Under the pieces are notes generated by a model, which did no database searches, was not told where the DNA came from, and saw nothing but the letters and a program-made list of their open reading frames with translations. This document shows positions 24,320 through 39,585 of a DNA stretch of 64,000 nt, one piece after another. Both the position numbers and the translations under genes were made by a program. How positions within the stretch are numbered: position 1 is the stretch's first letter; each line of letters opens with the position of its first letter. Location: contig JBNZDD010013510.1 in the NCBI GenBank assembly GCA_050575255.1, forward strand, positions 124,001 to 188,000. Direction: 5' to 3'. The stretch comes from Harriotta raleighana. Its lineage: Eukaryota.

Positions 24320-26005
24320 CGAGAGAGAGAGAGAAAATAAAATTATAAACCTTACACTTCTATCCAGAACTTAAAATCTTACCAAGGGATTAAAGCTTCA
24401 CATCCCTAAAGGAGTCAAGACTGACACCATTTTTTTTTTTTAAGTGTATGATCAAAAAACATACAGCAGCTTTCAAAGGTCATCTTCACTAACCAACGTC
24501 TTTCTAGATTATTTGTAGCCTTGTAACTCTGCCTCAGATTTGCTTCAAATTTGCTTCCTGAAGAGACTCCTGAATGTTCAGCAAGATCATAAGGGGCAAG
24601 GGAATTTCAGTGTGCTTCAACAGTTCCTATTGGTTATTTTGGCCCAGCATAAACTAGAGTTGGGAGATCCATGCTTTTATTCAGTGACAGAGCTCGCTGA
24701 AATAAGAGGAGGGGGTTTTTGATTGATTAAACCATCTTTTGGGTCGAAGGAGGGCAAAGAAAGGGATATAAAGCATCTTCATAATTCCAGGTTTACAGGC
24801 TGTGTGTGTGTGTACCCGTACGCACAACTTTCTACATGATAGATGCTTCGCAATAAGTCTACCCTGATTCTGCATCAAATGATTAGGGCTTCAGTTAGAG
24901 CTACAGAACAAATCTTCTGGAGAGATGACAGCAAAATAGAAAGTTAAAGTTTCTCTTTATACTTCGAACCAAATGTTTCCATGGACAGACTCTGTTCTTC
25001 CCCCAAACATATAAATGATAATTAATATCCCTCCTCGATGATAATTGATCATGATAATTAATATCACTGTTAATTCGTGAAATTAGTTAGAACGGTTTGG
25101 TTTGTTATTTGAAAACCTTAAGGTGGGTACACTTTCACAGTAGAATTTAACAAAGCAGCACTTCCAAGAGTGGATATATCTTTTAAGGCAGTGACGCACA
25201 CAGCACTCTGGTTAAATAAATGCAGTGACAGCAATGCAGTAACAGAGAGGTGAGAGCAGTCACAGAGATTCTCAGCGCTTCTCTAAACTAAAGCTTGCTT
25301 TGAAATAAGGCTGTTCATTTAATTTCCCATCAGTAATATCAGACATTAAAACATTTTCCGAAGGATGTTCACTGCTGTCTCGATTCACAACGTTCATAAC
25401 AATGCACAAGGGAGTAGTATTTCTGTGTGAATATCTCATCGATGGGAATAAAAAAAAACAAATCCCTTTGGTGTCTTGATTACCATTATCAAACGAATAA
25501 CATTTAATTTGATTTACCAATTAAATGCCAGGTTCCAGAATAAATATTTCACTTTTTAAAAAAATACCAAAATAACTTCATTTAATTTCTTATTGCATAT
25601 TAAAATGCTCTTTTTATTAATTTTAAAATGCAAAGGCACTATTTTATTCCTTCCTTCCCCTTCCTGGGTGTGTATTACCTGTAGGATACAACAACTTAAA
25701 GTTATCCCCTTACCCGACAACATGCAGCTGTCTGTTTTTCAGAAAACCCTCCCCAAGCTCGTGTTAATTATTTCTTTACATAATCCCCAAGTTTCTCCGA
25801 GCTAAAATAGCCATTAAGCCGCAAATGCATGACGCAATCCTGATCCTTTTCAATCTCAATGGATGACCTGTGCAGTGAGCACTGGCCTATCACGTTGGTT
25901 TCCACGTGAAAATATCGCCACTGCTTCTCTAAATCGTTCTGAATTAGAAGGCCGATCGAATAACAGTGAATGAAACATCCGCAGCAATTGTGAATGCGAG
26001 CTCAC

Positions 26006-26152
26006 CCGGTCAAAGTGGTTAAAAGAGGCTCGGAACTCGTTCATCTGCTCCTGGCTGATGCCCTTGGCGTCTCTGGTCAGGACCTGGTTCTCAATCTCGT
26101 TGATGGTCCTGGCGATTGTGGTGAGCAGCTGCTCCCAGCCCACACGGATGTG
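26006..26152 (-). CDS. ACTN1: alpha-actinin-1 exon 18
   Basis: [49 protein letters not shown]; 147 nt. Confidence 0.97.
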
Positions 26153-26255
26153 CTGAAATGAAGACACAAAAGAAATAACACCCATCAATACAGAAGTCTC
26201 ATTCAAGTCACTTGCTGATCGATCAAAGGGATACTCTTTAGCTTACGGCAATTCA

Positions 26256-26717
<462 letters not shown>

Positions 26718-27311
26718 CTAGCAAATGAAAGACAGGGATGTTAACGGTCAAGGCTGAACTGTCAATAACTCTACCCTGAGCTGCGAACCCACCGGGATTG
26801 CAGGCTCATGTACGGACAAGCCCTGCGGAACAATTCAGGAACAGCATCACTCTTGTGAGCTGGTTAATAGCGACAAAAAAGACCAGGGCTTGAAAACCGC
26901 GGGGAATACTGCACTGCAGAGGCTCAGGCTGTGGACACCTCAGTCACTTTTCACAGCATTGATTTACGAAATGCGTTATTGAAGGAATTCAAACTTCTTT
27001 GAAACGTCTTGACACACAGCCATCCGTCAGTTTTTTTTTTGCATTGGAATTATTTGATTCAAATAAAAGCTCCATATGTCAAATTCACGGACTGAGCAGG
27101 AGCTAGGATTCTGCAAGAGATTGATTCAGCGACTGCAGGTTCTATGGTGGGTGGTGGGGACATTGACTCCTGGGGTACAGCTCTCACTCTGCCTGCATCC
27201 TCACCGCAGGTAATAATGTGACACTGGAACTTGTGTTGATATGGTGCCTCTCACGCAGGGTAGAGTCCCACCACACTTTGCATTGGAACACTTTGCAATC
27301 AGATAAGTTAC

Positions 27312-27446
27312 CTCCATCTTGGTTTGAATCCAGGGACCAATGACATTAGCCTGGGTTGAGAACTGCTTTCTCAGCCTTTCGTTGGATTGCTGTCGAGCAT
27401 TCTCCTCCATCAGAGCATGGTCTCTCTGAGGCACCAAATGCCGAAC
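27312..27446 (-). CDS. ACTN1: alpha-actinin-1 exon 16
   Basis: [45 protein letters not shown]; 135 nt. Confidence 0.97.
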
Positions 27447-27671
27447 CTGAAAGCAGACGTTGGTCAGTAAAAAAAAATTGTAAAAAAAAATTCACTCCAC
27501 ACAAATTGCTCTTCACAAAACAAGCTGCAACGCAAAGTTTTGGGAACAGGAGCTTTTAGTGTTAAAATTCCTCCTCCTTCGACTTTTTTTTTTCTCTCTC
27601 TGACTGGGGATTTGAAACCCAATTTGAAGAGAGTGGGGGATGAGAAATGAGGCAACAGGTTGGATTCTCAC

Positions 27672-27854
27672 CTTTTCCCACATGCCATTGATATCCTGCG
27701 GGCAGATGGCAGTGTAAGGGTTGGTGCCTGCCATGTTGACGTGGTAGGTTTGGACAATCTTGGACACTTCGTTGTGGATGCCCAGGATGGCCTGACGTTC
27801 ACGGTCAGCCTCTGGCAGTGTGGCTTTGAACTGCTCGTGAGCTGTGATCAATCC
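27672..27854 (-). CDS. ACTN1: alpha-actinin-1 exon 15
   Basis: [61 protein letters not shown]; 183 nt; the [15 protein letters not shown] segment is ACTN1-like. Confidence 0.97.
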
Positions 27855-28189
27855 CTAAATGTGCAGGAAGGAAGCATCACATCACAAACGGGTCTTTAAT
27901 CTGTTAAACATCTCCAGAAACAAGGCGAGGACATGGGCAAGTGACTCTGCTAGAGAATCATTTGTTATCCAGACACCTAAACTGGCTATTGTAAATGGCG
28001 CGTCAAAGTAGAGGAATTAATGCAGCAGATAAGAATTATAAGTACTGCAATATGAAAATAAGTCCATCAATAATAGAACACTGAGATATAAATATGTGAT
28101 GAGGAATTGGTCATGTTATTCCAGGATGAGCAAAGCTATCAAAACAACGATGAACAGCCAATGCTCCAGATTCTTACTGACACGTGAAA

Positions 28190-28510
28190 AATAATGCTTG
28201 CATTTGATGTAGTGCTCTTTTCATGTCTTCTAGATATCTCAAAGCGCTTCACAGAATATACTGTAAAGTGAATTGACTGTATATTTGTGGGTGAAACGCG
28301 GCAGACAGTTGTGCACAGCGGCGTCCCCACAAACGGTCGTGGATTGAAATGACCAATTTAGTGTTGTTTTTTCGAGAGATTCTCATCAATTTATTGTTGT
28401 TTTTTTCGAGAGATTGTCATCAGGCGTGTGGATTTCGTCCCTGGGTTGAATTGAACCCAGGTCTCTCACTTGCAAGGCAAGTGCTCTAACCACTGAGCTA
28501 CAGTACTCCA
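28190..28510 (-). mobile_element. tRNA-derived SINE
   Basis: Family consensus with a small internal tandem duplication; head repeated across the N at 28543. Confidence 0.82.
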
Positions 28511-29760
28511 ATATCCTGTTGGCGAACTTCCTTCTGATGCCTNAACCCAGGTCTCTCACTTGCAAGGCAAGTGCTCTAACCTCTGAGCTACAGTACTCCA
28601 ATATCCTGTTGGCGAACTTCCTTCTGATTCCCACAACTAGCTGGAGAAGGACGTCAGACAAAAGCAAATGAAATAGATCAACCCACAGGCCGACATTTTT
28701 ATTTCCCCTTTTAAAAAGCAGCTGCAATCTGGCGATGCTAATTCTCAGGCACTCCTCGTTTATAATTTGGATTAAAAACCCATTCAAGTCAGTTACTCTC
28801 CACAAGAACAGATGACCTGGACATTTCCAGACTCTTTCACGCAAAAACTAACGAGGAGGAGTCAAGTTTCCTCGGTGAAATCTGGATATTTCAGAATGAA
28901 AGAGAAATGGCTGAACTTTTATATATATTTTTTTAAATGTCTAAAACGTGATGGGCTGGTGACAATGTGGATACATGGAACGTTCCGGTATTCGGTGTTT
29001 GCCCGTTTGCCAAAACAAATTGCTGAAGCGAGATTTGGGTCAAGAAACAGAAGTTTGGTTGCCTCCAGCACGCATTTGTTGGGTTAATATAGTCTGGAAA
29101 TTTCTGTAAATTGCATAGTTTGTCCTCTCTTTCCCACTCCCTCTCCTATATTCACCCACAGTATACCACAGTAGGAACATTACTACCAAAGTCACATGCC
29201 CCATCTCCCACGCCCTCGTACTTTGCACTATTTTCTGCATAAATACTTTCTATTTCACCATGGCAAGTAATCTCGGAGATCACACTTCAGTGAAGAGCGC
29301 CAGTCATCACAAACACATGACAAACTGATCAGAAACGAGTGCTATTTGACAGGTAATCTTTACAAAATATATGTTAAAAAATACGGTTATTATCAATTGA
29401 TTTAAAAAATATTCTTTTCAGCTTGAAAGGCCAGCAGACCTGATCCCAAACACCCCCTCACCCTCATGACACTGTATAAACCAGTCACTAGATGGAGTGC
29501 TGTGCAGTGTTGAATCACTAATTACAGTATGTGGCTAAACGCAAACATGACATTTGGTAAATCAAAGGTTGAACCCCACACCCTCTCTCATGTTCTTCCT
29601 AAATATTTACACATGAACTTTCCAGTACGTGTCAGAAAGCCCAAATAAATCTCATTAGACTGTGGTTGATGTTTTATCTAACTCGAGGCGGGTGATAACA
29701 TGGGATACACTTCGTACCAAATTTAGTTTCCAAATTCAGTCGAGTTTGACACGAGTGTTA

Positions 29761-30100
29761 ACCTATTTTACAAGAACTTGCATTTCTATAATTCCTTGTC
29801 ACATGGAGTTTTGGGAGTCACGTGAAGTCCTTTTCAAGTGAGGTACTTTAGTAGGGCTGGTCATCAACTGAATGGTGGGGGAAAAGAGGAGGAAAAGTGA
29901 TTTGATGGCTTTTGAAGACAGAGATAGAGGGGGAGAGAGAGGATGTTGTATGAGCTGGAGAGGGCAGGGAGAAGGACATTTGAAAACTTGGATCTGGGGA
30001 AATCACCAAAAACATGAATGAAGGTTTTGACCCATGTTTGGTAGAAACTAGGATGGAAATGGGCGATGTGGCTAAGATGGAGGAAATTTGAAACCTGCTT
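29761..30100 (-). mobile_element. old L2-type LINE fragment
   Basis: Degenerate tail aacttgcattt...ata and purine-rich L2 3' region. Confidence 0.5.
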
Positions 30101-31429
30101 CAAATCAGTTGATAGGTACTTTTATCACATCCATTCCATACTTTTATTTGATTTCAGGATCCGATTTCTGACTCCACTTTCACAAATGCAAGAGTTCTGT
30201 CTCTTGTCTGGATCTAAGTTGTGTTAAGTAAAGAGAGTAGTTCTTAGCTGTATTGTGTGCTATTTTTGAAGCGTTGTGCTTTCTTTACCGTTTCTATTCA
30301 GGGAAGTGTTCCCTCTAAAGTACTAAATCATTCTCAGGTGATAATGTAGTTCATTTTGTTTTTAAAAAGGGGCTTCTTTACAGTGTTTTTGAATAGTCTT
30401 GCATGACAGAGAAGGCTAGCGGGCTAGACTTGTGACAACAAATATCCCCAAAGCAAACTCACAGTTGGATGACAATCGCATCATAGATGGAAAAAATTTA
30501 GCACACCACATGTCTGTCAGGAGACATTCATATTTATAAAGGGTTCTGTCAGCAGAAGCATAAACTTTAATAGCCCAAGAAGAAAAATAAATAAATGCTG
30601 CAACTGAACTGGTATCATCCATCTGCAAACAAGATTGTTATTGCCTCACTGGCATTGTAAAAGTGAACTTTGTTCCCTCATCTCAGTGTTTCAATGTGCC
30701 CCTGCACACAACTGCCCAAGAGGGTGGCAGCCAGACACTCGCAATCATTAGCAGTTCCTTCTCCCGTGCAAAAAATGCTTCCTACCGATTGGCCTGAAGG
30801 TGTTCGATTGATACCGGAGAAAGCTGCCAAATGCAGAGCACACACTTTTCAAAGACACAGTTGCATTGACATTTACCAACCCAAACTCCAATGGCCGCGA
30901 GCGGCAAGCAGTCCGCACGCTAAGATATCGGAATATCTTCTAGTTGTACGCAACCAAGGCTATTAACAGGTTTCCAATACTTTCAGCACTCTTGTTGAAA
31001 CCCGTGAAAGCAGGTCACATTTCTCCGAACGAGCCCAATATTGTGTCCACGAGGATCACCACTAGAGGGACTCAAGCGATACAGTTATACATTTTTACCA
31101 GATATTTCTGTGTCTTGTTTAGCTGCTCGAATGCAAAGTAAGGCACTTCCCAATTGAAACTGTTTATGTTGCAGGTGCTGCATTGTGCTGGATACCAATT
31201 GCTCTGAGAATGTTGAAGTGTTAGTACAAAAGCACCGAACAAAAGACACAGTGACTCACACCAACATTAAGCAAATGTGCTAACTAGTTTGGGCTTGAAA
31301 TAGCAGCAGTACAAATCTTACTCAACATGATTCCTATGCCAAAGTACAAATGCATGTACCTGTATTTGCAATGCTTGTGAACAGTCTCGGGGGGGGGGAT
31401 AGGGAAGGTAAGGACAACAGTTTGTGTCA

Positions 31430-31681
<252 letters not shown>

Positions 31682-32749
31682 CTAATGGCAGCTAGAGTAT
31701 GTTACTGCAGTCCTCATTTCTGAAAATGGCTTGATCACAGAAGCCAAGGAATTCCTTGGTTCAGCATCAAGGCAAATTAGTCAATGTGGTATTCAGGCAA
31801 CACGTACTGAACTATATTGTGCTCTCTCGTACATTCATTTCTTTTAAAGACACATCAGAGACTATACTATTTAAGCACAGGATCCGTTTACTAAACAAGA
31901 TGATGGTCAGCTCACATTTTAACCAATAATGTACACAAGGATCACGACTTAAAGGAGGTAACAGTCAAGCAACCCAGTGAGATTGCCAGATAATGTGCCC
32001 GTCTTGTTTATCCACACATTCGCAAACCAGAACTGATAGGATAAGCAACATAGACGGTCTGTGTAGCAGGTTCTTCCTGATTGAAGACACTGGAATCATT
32101 TGAATCTGCCTGGACTAGCAGACAATATACAGACAAGACTGGAAAGATACTTTTTCTTCCCCACCTTTTAATGCACGAACTGCATTGAGAAAAGTCCACA
32201 TTCTCGTGTGCAATGACTCATTGCTCACAAGTGTGTGCAGGCTATAAAATAGGCCCTTTTTCTTTCCCCTTCCTCTCAATTCTGACAAGCAATTGCCAGG
32301 TTTCACATAGGACAGCTGGCATTTGGCTCCACTTGAAGGTGAATCTCATTACTCAAAAACAGAGAACCGAAGACTTAGAAGGCTCCCTTCAGTCACGTCC
32401 CATAGAAACCAGATTCAACTAAATTCGCTTGAGCCTGGCTCAAATTGTAACCTATGCTGACTTGCCATTTCGTTACTTCATGAATAAATAGCTACCTTGC
32501 ACTGCAATGATTTCAGCCATTGCAAACACCTTCAAGCATTTCCCGAAAGCTAAAATGGCCGCAAATTACGTAAGAAAGCTGGACCCAGAATCAACACAGG
32601 GCAGCCCTTTTAGGCCACCTTAAAATCAGTGGGGCAAAGGAACTTGTTTAAACCTCTGATCTCACAGCAAAGCAAATGGCCATCCTCTATGTGCTTTGCT
32701 GTAAACAATCCATAAAATCCAGAAAGAAACACATGCAAGACTGAGGTAC

Positions 32750-32858
32750 CTCCAAAGCATCTCTCCTCTTCTGCGTCAGAACTCCAAGATTATCCCACTG
32801 ATCACAAATCCTCTGGCATCTCTCGTTCACACTTGGAGAATCCCAGTAATCTAGCTCA
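32750..32858 (-). CDS. ACTN1: alpha-actinin-1 exon 13
   Basis: [36 protein letters not shown]; 109 nt. Confidence 0.96.
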
Positions 32859-34475
32859 CTGTAAAGACCAAAAATATGCTTAATGGATGATGTGTCTTGA
32901 ACCCACACCCACACACCGTTAATTTTTCAGTCTCATTCTCTGAAAATGTAGGTAACTGAACTAGGAGCCAAGAAATGGAGGCAAAGGGAGACCTGCGAGC
33001 TGAAGTGAGTGAGGAACCTATCTACCATCTGGGCTGCAGATGGGGCAAACTAAAATAAAATGGTGGGTGTGGGGAAACAGAATACCTCCTCAATAATTCA
33101 GATGCTAAAGTAAAAAAAGTGTATCACACGACTGATCCATATACACCCAACAAGTCCTTAGGTTTCGGAATGCTTTTGACATGAGCTGTACAGGACAAGC
33201 TCCCAAGTCATATTTGCTGAAAGGGTCAAAACGACTTCAACTGAAAGCATTACCGTCGCCTAGCACATTACCGCACATTGCTGGCAGTCAATGTCATAGC
33301 TGCAGGCATCAGCTCATTCCACGTCTCCCTCTCCCCATTCCAGGCAAGTTACAACAAAGGTTCAGCTAACCAAGCAAGCAGCATTTTTTAAAAGATAAGA
33401 GGAGGAAAAAAAAATTATGCGCTAGCCCAGTATGTCACCACATCTGGAGTCATCTCCAATGCTGACCACACCTTATCTCTGTCTCTCTCGCTCACACACA
33501 CACACACATACTTAGCTCCACAGAGCAGCATCACTCAGCTTTTACTGACAGCCTCAGGAATTCCAATAAGAGGCATCCTAGTTAATACTTAATGCCGACC
33601 TGTCAAGCTTTAACACTCAACATAATGTATAGGCCAGTGAGGAACTGTACAAACAGCATCGTTGTAAATCAAAGCCCTTTTATATAACAGAAAACGAAAT
33701 CCATTCTGCGGTGCCAGTATTCACTCCTCTTCCTGCTTTATTAGTTTGGGAGGTGATAGGTGGCAGAAGGAGAGGGGGAGGGAGAAGAGAAATAGAGATC
33801 AGAGGGATTTCAATCCAAGCCACGGATATATAAATGTCTTTCTCTCATTTAGAGCTCAGCTGGCAGAACTGTAACAGGGCAGGAATGTGTAGTGACTGTG
33901 CAAGTTGCAGGCAATAGTCAAAAGCAACAATGCAAGACCAAGCCCAAAATGCTTTCCACTTCAGTTATGTNGTGTAGTGACTGTGCAAGTTGCAGGCAAT
34001 AGTCAAAAGCAACAATGCAAGCCCAAAATGCTTTCCACTTCAGTTATGACACTGTTCGAGCAGTTTTCTTTTGACTTGCAAAGCTACTTTTATACGGTAA
34101 AGGAAGGATTTTTGCCCATCTATGTAAACCAGCCAAAACAAATGGCCATGATAAATGATAAAGGAGAGAGCTCTGTCAACGATCACAGCCACAGGAAGTC
34201 TGGCCCCAGAAACCTCACCTCACCCCTTCTGTTTACTTCTCAGCTCCGCAGATTTCTCCTACATTATTTCCAATGTAGCGATTGCGAGCAAAGCAGGAAA
34301 AGGAGTTGGCAGATGAGAAATAAAGAGGAAATGGATTCCGCCGGTTCACAGTAATTTGTTTGGACATGAATATTCTCCCCAACACACACACACACACACA
34401 CACACAATTTCAGCCTCACTCACAAACTTAATTATACTTCTTTACGTTGACTTTCAATTTGAAATGAAGACGTAC

Positions 34476-34626
34476 TTTAGCTCCTGGGCGATGGCAGCGA
34501 TCTGCTCAACACGGTCCTGGTGAGCAGCCAGGTCACTCTCAAAGGCCTCGTGCTTTTTCAGTATAGCCTTGATTTCCGACAGCGAAGCCCGGTCAAAATC
34601 CGATGCCATCAGCATCTCCTCCTTAC
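34476..34626 (-). CDS. ACTN1: alpha-actinin-1 exon 12
   Basis: [49 protein letters not shown]; cag/gtacgt; 151 nt. Confidence 0.96.
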
Positions 34627-36224
34627 CTGGGACAGGGAGACAAAGACGTCATTCAGTCGAACTGTTGTTAACTACAACAGTTAACATGAATTAACTTCTT
34701 CCATTGAGTTAAAAAACCTCCGGGCCTTATACATTTATTGGCATAAAGAGACACACACAAAAATGAGTGGAAAAAAGAGAAAAACTGCATTGGAAAACAT
34801 CCTGCAATCACTCTGCAAAGCCGAACTTTTAAAACCGTGTTACTCAGTTCTTGCAATTGATCCCTTTCCCTTTCCCCTTCACCCCACAACTTAATTCAGA
34901 AAGCAGATGGCCACGGGTCACGTCATTGGTGCTTCAATGACTAACCAGCTGGTAGGAGATGTGTCTAGTTGACTCTATGCTCAATTCACCTTTGGCTGGA
35001 AAATATTCTGGTTCCGCATCTGCCCCAGCAACATGGCTGAGATCCAAAGGCACTGTCTGAGGAAACACAGCCCTAAAGGGGGTTCCTCCACCACACATGC
35101 TCTATCACTGGGCTGCAAGCCCAACTCTATTATTAAAACACAGCACATCCTCAATTTCGCAGCAGGCCTAGAGAAGGGCATTAGAACAGGACGTGGACTC
35201 GAGCCAATTGGTTCCTCATAGGTTCTGTCCTGCATCTTGCTCACGTCATTCAGGGAAGATTAAGCAGAGGCTAGGTACTTGGTGACTGGGAAGGAAATAA
35301 CAGGGACGTGGGAAAACCAAGGAACCAAAGGTAAAACGTAAAAAAGTAAAGGACCAGGGGTAAAGCGTAATGAGGACATTTTCACAATTTAGAACTTAAG
35401 ACACACTTGTGTTAAAAATGACCATCTCTGAGCCTCTCCTGAGTGTGATTCAAGAGCATGGCTTGGGAGACTACAACCAGCATAGAATTTACTGTAGTTT
35501 TGGTGCAGTGAAGGAACATGGCACATTTAGTGCTGTCAAAACCCTGATCATCTCCATTCAGCGTGACACAGCAGCGAAATAATNTAGTTTTGGTGCAGTG
35601 AAGGAACATGGCACATTTAGTGCTGTCAAAACCCGCTGATCATCTCCATTCAGCGTGACACAGCAGCAGCGAAAAATTTTTTTTTTTTTACTCGCAGGCA
35701 GGTTCAGGGAGGAATCCACCAGAGAAAACTCAAATCGAAAGCTGTCACTCTCTCTCTCTCTCGCTTGACAGTTTGTAACGGTCTAATTGAGATACCTCTG
35801 GGCAACTCCCAATGGACTGTGATAACTGCCCTAATGAAGCACAAGTTGGCAATCTTTTCTTTCTCCTGGAGATTATTTGATGAAAGAACTGAAGTAAAAA
35901 AGCGATCGCCGTGTGTCTGTGAATTGGTTCTTTCATAGACTGTATGCATTGGGGGCTTGAAATCAGCCAGCAAACTCCAGAATACTGGACGAGACTAAAT
36001 CAGAGAAGCTCCCTACTAATTTGAATGGGAGGCACAATTGGCAGAAACATGGCATCTGTATACTGCCATTGTATCGGGTTTTAATTCTTCTGTCAACTCA
36101 TGGCCCCAACATTCTCCACGGGAGATTATTATGGCTAGCTCACAACCCACCATCTGCAGGTTGGTGTAGCTTGGTGAGGAGAGCACCCATTGAAGCCATG
36201 CACTGACCAGAAACGCCCTCGTTA

Positions 36225-36419
<195 letters not shown>

Positions 36420-36881
36420 CTACAATCATCAACGACAACTAAAGTCATCGGCTCACAATGGCTTCTCAGGAAGCGGGCGGTTGGAATAGGAATCATTCAC
36501 CCGCTCTTCAACCCAGAGCAACAACAATATTAATTTGCACAAAGATTTTTTTTTTTTTTTTTAAATCAAATCATTTTTGTATCACTACTTGATGGATACT
36601 GCACCAAATCAACCTGACCTGACACATAGCACGGGACAAAGTCACCACAAACAGCCTGACAAAGCTGTCAGTCAGTTCTTCCGACAGTTCTGACGAAGGG
36701 TCGTGGACCCGAAACGTTGACTCACTGTCCTTTCTCCATGGATGCCGCCTGAGTTTTCCCAGCGACTACCGTTTTTGTAACCCAACAGCCTATTTGGAAG
36801 CTCGCTACGCATTGCCTCTTCAGGACCAGTGTGTTGTTGTTGTTGTTGTTTTAAAAAAAAGAAAAAAAACACACCACATAC

Positions 36882-37112
36882 CGACACCATCTTGCCTTCC
36901 GAGGGCATGAAGGCCGGCCTGTTGCTCAGCCGCAGTTTGGTTTGCAGGGTGTTGAAGTTGATCTCCAGCTGGCACTTCTCCTGCACTTTCGGCGGCTTGT
37001 GGAGACGCCGGTAGTCGCGGAAGTCCTCCAGTTTCTGCTGCATGGCCTGCATGGTGTTCTCTGGGGCTCGGTTCTCCAGCCAGGGAATGGTGCGTCGGAT
37101 CCATTCCAGAAG
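36882..37112 (-). CDS. ACTN1: alpha-actinin-1 exon 10 (spectrin repeat 1)
   Basis: [77 protein letters not shown]; 231 nt. Confidence 0.97.
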
Positions 37113-38503
37113 CTGCAACGAGACAGCGCCATTAGGAATGGAACTAAACGTCACCTCCACTGAAACATGTGCCACTCCACACTGCTCCCTCTGTCACACT
37201 GTATAAATGCACTGTGCTCCCCATGGGCGCACTTCATCTCGTTTCTCTAAATGGCGATACATTAAAAAAAAATTGGTCTCGCCCGTTATCGAATTGTACT
37301 ACTGTGAGCGAAAGATTTGGACTCAGTAAGGATGTGTGCCTGAACTCCTGATAAGAGGGCAAACTTTGTTGGGCAATTTTAAGAGAGCAAAAAGGAAGTT
37401 ATTTCTATACCTAGAGAGTAATCAACAACTGGAAATGGGTTATAGTCTGGGAGGCAGAGGCCAAGTGGTTGGAACTTTCGAAAATTGCTTGACGTCAAAA
37501 TGGATCAGACTTTTCTTGTGATCTTCCAGTCTTTCAGTCTGCCGTTAAATCAGTATGAACGAGCGAGTTCCTTTCAATATATGAAGGAGCTACCAATGCA
37601 TTGACTTCATCATAGAGATGTGAGACGTGAAGGTTGATAATTGGGATCTCATATAAAAGATACATAAAAAAGAGAGAGAGAGAGAGAGCAGCATTCCATA
37701 ATCCACTTAATGGCATTGCTTGACCATTAAAGCAACTTCTACATTTTGATCAATGCAATTCAAGTGTGTGTTAAAGCTATTATACTTGGCCGTGTTCAAG
37801 TGATAACTACTCACAACGTGACAGATTACTTCTCAGTTAATTCAAGCTCATTTCTTCATCGTACATCAGGATAGAATGAGGTGGGCGATGGTGGAGATGG
37901 GAACGGGTGAAATTAGCTTATGTGTGGAAAGAAAAAGGAGGCACGTTCTTTTACCTGAAGAAACGGCCCACTTTTCCTCCAGGTATGTGATCGACCAATG
38001 CTTATGGAAGCCGAGTGCTTATGGAACATGCACAGAGTGACACAGACGACAAGTAACAAGATAGTGAGAGGCCAAGTGCCTGCCCTGCCTGCCATATGGC
38101 AATTACACAACGCACCAGCCTATGCTAACTTCATATATCCCTTCAGCCTATTACAATTCCGCAATGGGTCACACTTGGTAAGCAGACACGTGAGATATTA
38201 CACTACAAAATTACATTTGTACAGAGCCTTTCGTGTCGGGAGGACGTCCCAAGTTGCTGGTGATGGGAACATAATGTCCGTCATATTCACACCCTTCTTA
38301 TTGTAGCTCGAAGCGTGGCATGGCCAGAAGCATATTGGCGATAAAGCACTTGAGTGTTTGTCGTTGGCAAGGCTGCCCAGGACTGCGCTTAGCTCTTTAA
38401 TTCCGGTATTTACATCTGCACTGGGCATTTCAGCCTCACGCCAACCTCCCTCCAGCTGTAAAGCAGCAGTCGAGCAATCAAAGAGAAACCTCTTGAACCT
38501 TAC

Positions 38504-38596
38504 ATCAGTGGCCAGCTTCTCGTAATCCTCCATCAGCTGTTCGTTCTCCTGGTTGACAGCCAGGACTTTGCAGATGCGGTTGGCTGCTGTCTCTGC
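38504..38596 (-). CDS. ACTN1: alpha-actinin-1 exon 9 (neck)
   Basis: [31 protein letters not shown]; cag/gtaagg; 93 nt. Confidence 0.97.
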
Positions 38597-39585
38597 CTGA
38601 AGAAAGGAAAGGAAATCGTGAGAGCGTGCAAGGACATGAAACTCCCCCAGTACCATATTCCCCCACCCCGTGCCACTCGCCCAGTTACCAAAAGGGAACC
38701 TGTATCATGCTCTGTTAAATTGGGGAAGCCACGCAACCACCAAACATTTGGAACACATATTAAACCATAGGAATGGGTCTGGTTTGGGGGAAATTTTCTC
38801 CCCTTCATCCTCTTCTCCTGAGGGAATCGAGTGTTTCTGGGCTACAGTTTCCCGGATTCCAATGGCTCTGTATAGCTGTTTAATCGCATTCTTCCTTTGA
38901 CGAATGAGATAGCGAGTGTCGGTGTCTGGTGGGCTATGTGCAGATGAAATGTCTGAGACACGGGTTGGCAGCAGCCAGGATTTCGGACTCGTTCCACCTC
39001 ATTCACCATGTCACCGGAATGAAACTCTTCAAAACTCAACAAAAAGGTAGTTCTATTCAATACACTTTGTTAACTTCACTGGCTCGAACTTGGGACAAAA
39101 GACTAACTCATCATCCAAGATGATTTTGTTTTTAAAAAAAAACTGTTTGCTTCTTGTTGGTTACTTTTGAGATAGTAATGCACTGAAGTGGAATTTGAAG
39201 GAATAGAAAATGTAGGTAGGCCGACTTTCAGTCTTGTTTGGGCTACAAAATTTGTCGTGAATTCACTTTGCAGTATGTTCCGTGAAACGCTTTGAGACGT
39301 CTCAACGATGTTATAGGCCTCTATATCAAATGCAAGGATCATTATTTTCAGGATTATTATACCAAGGTGATGTACTAATGCTGAAAAGTGGAATCAGGAT
39401 ACTAATAAGGTCCCAACAGATATGAGAAAGTGCACTGCGTTCAGCATGGTGAGCATGCAGTAAAGTAACAACAACAACTTGCATTTTTATAGCANATGTA
39501 CTAATGCTGAAAAGTGGAATCAGGATACTAATAAGGTCCCAACAGCTATGAGAAAGTGCACTGCGTTCAGCAGTAAAGTAACAAC

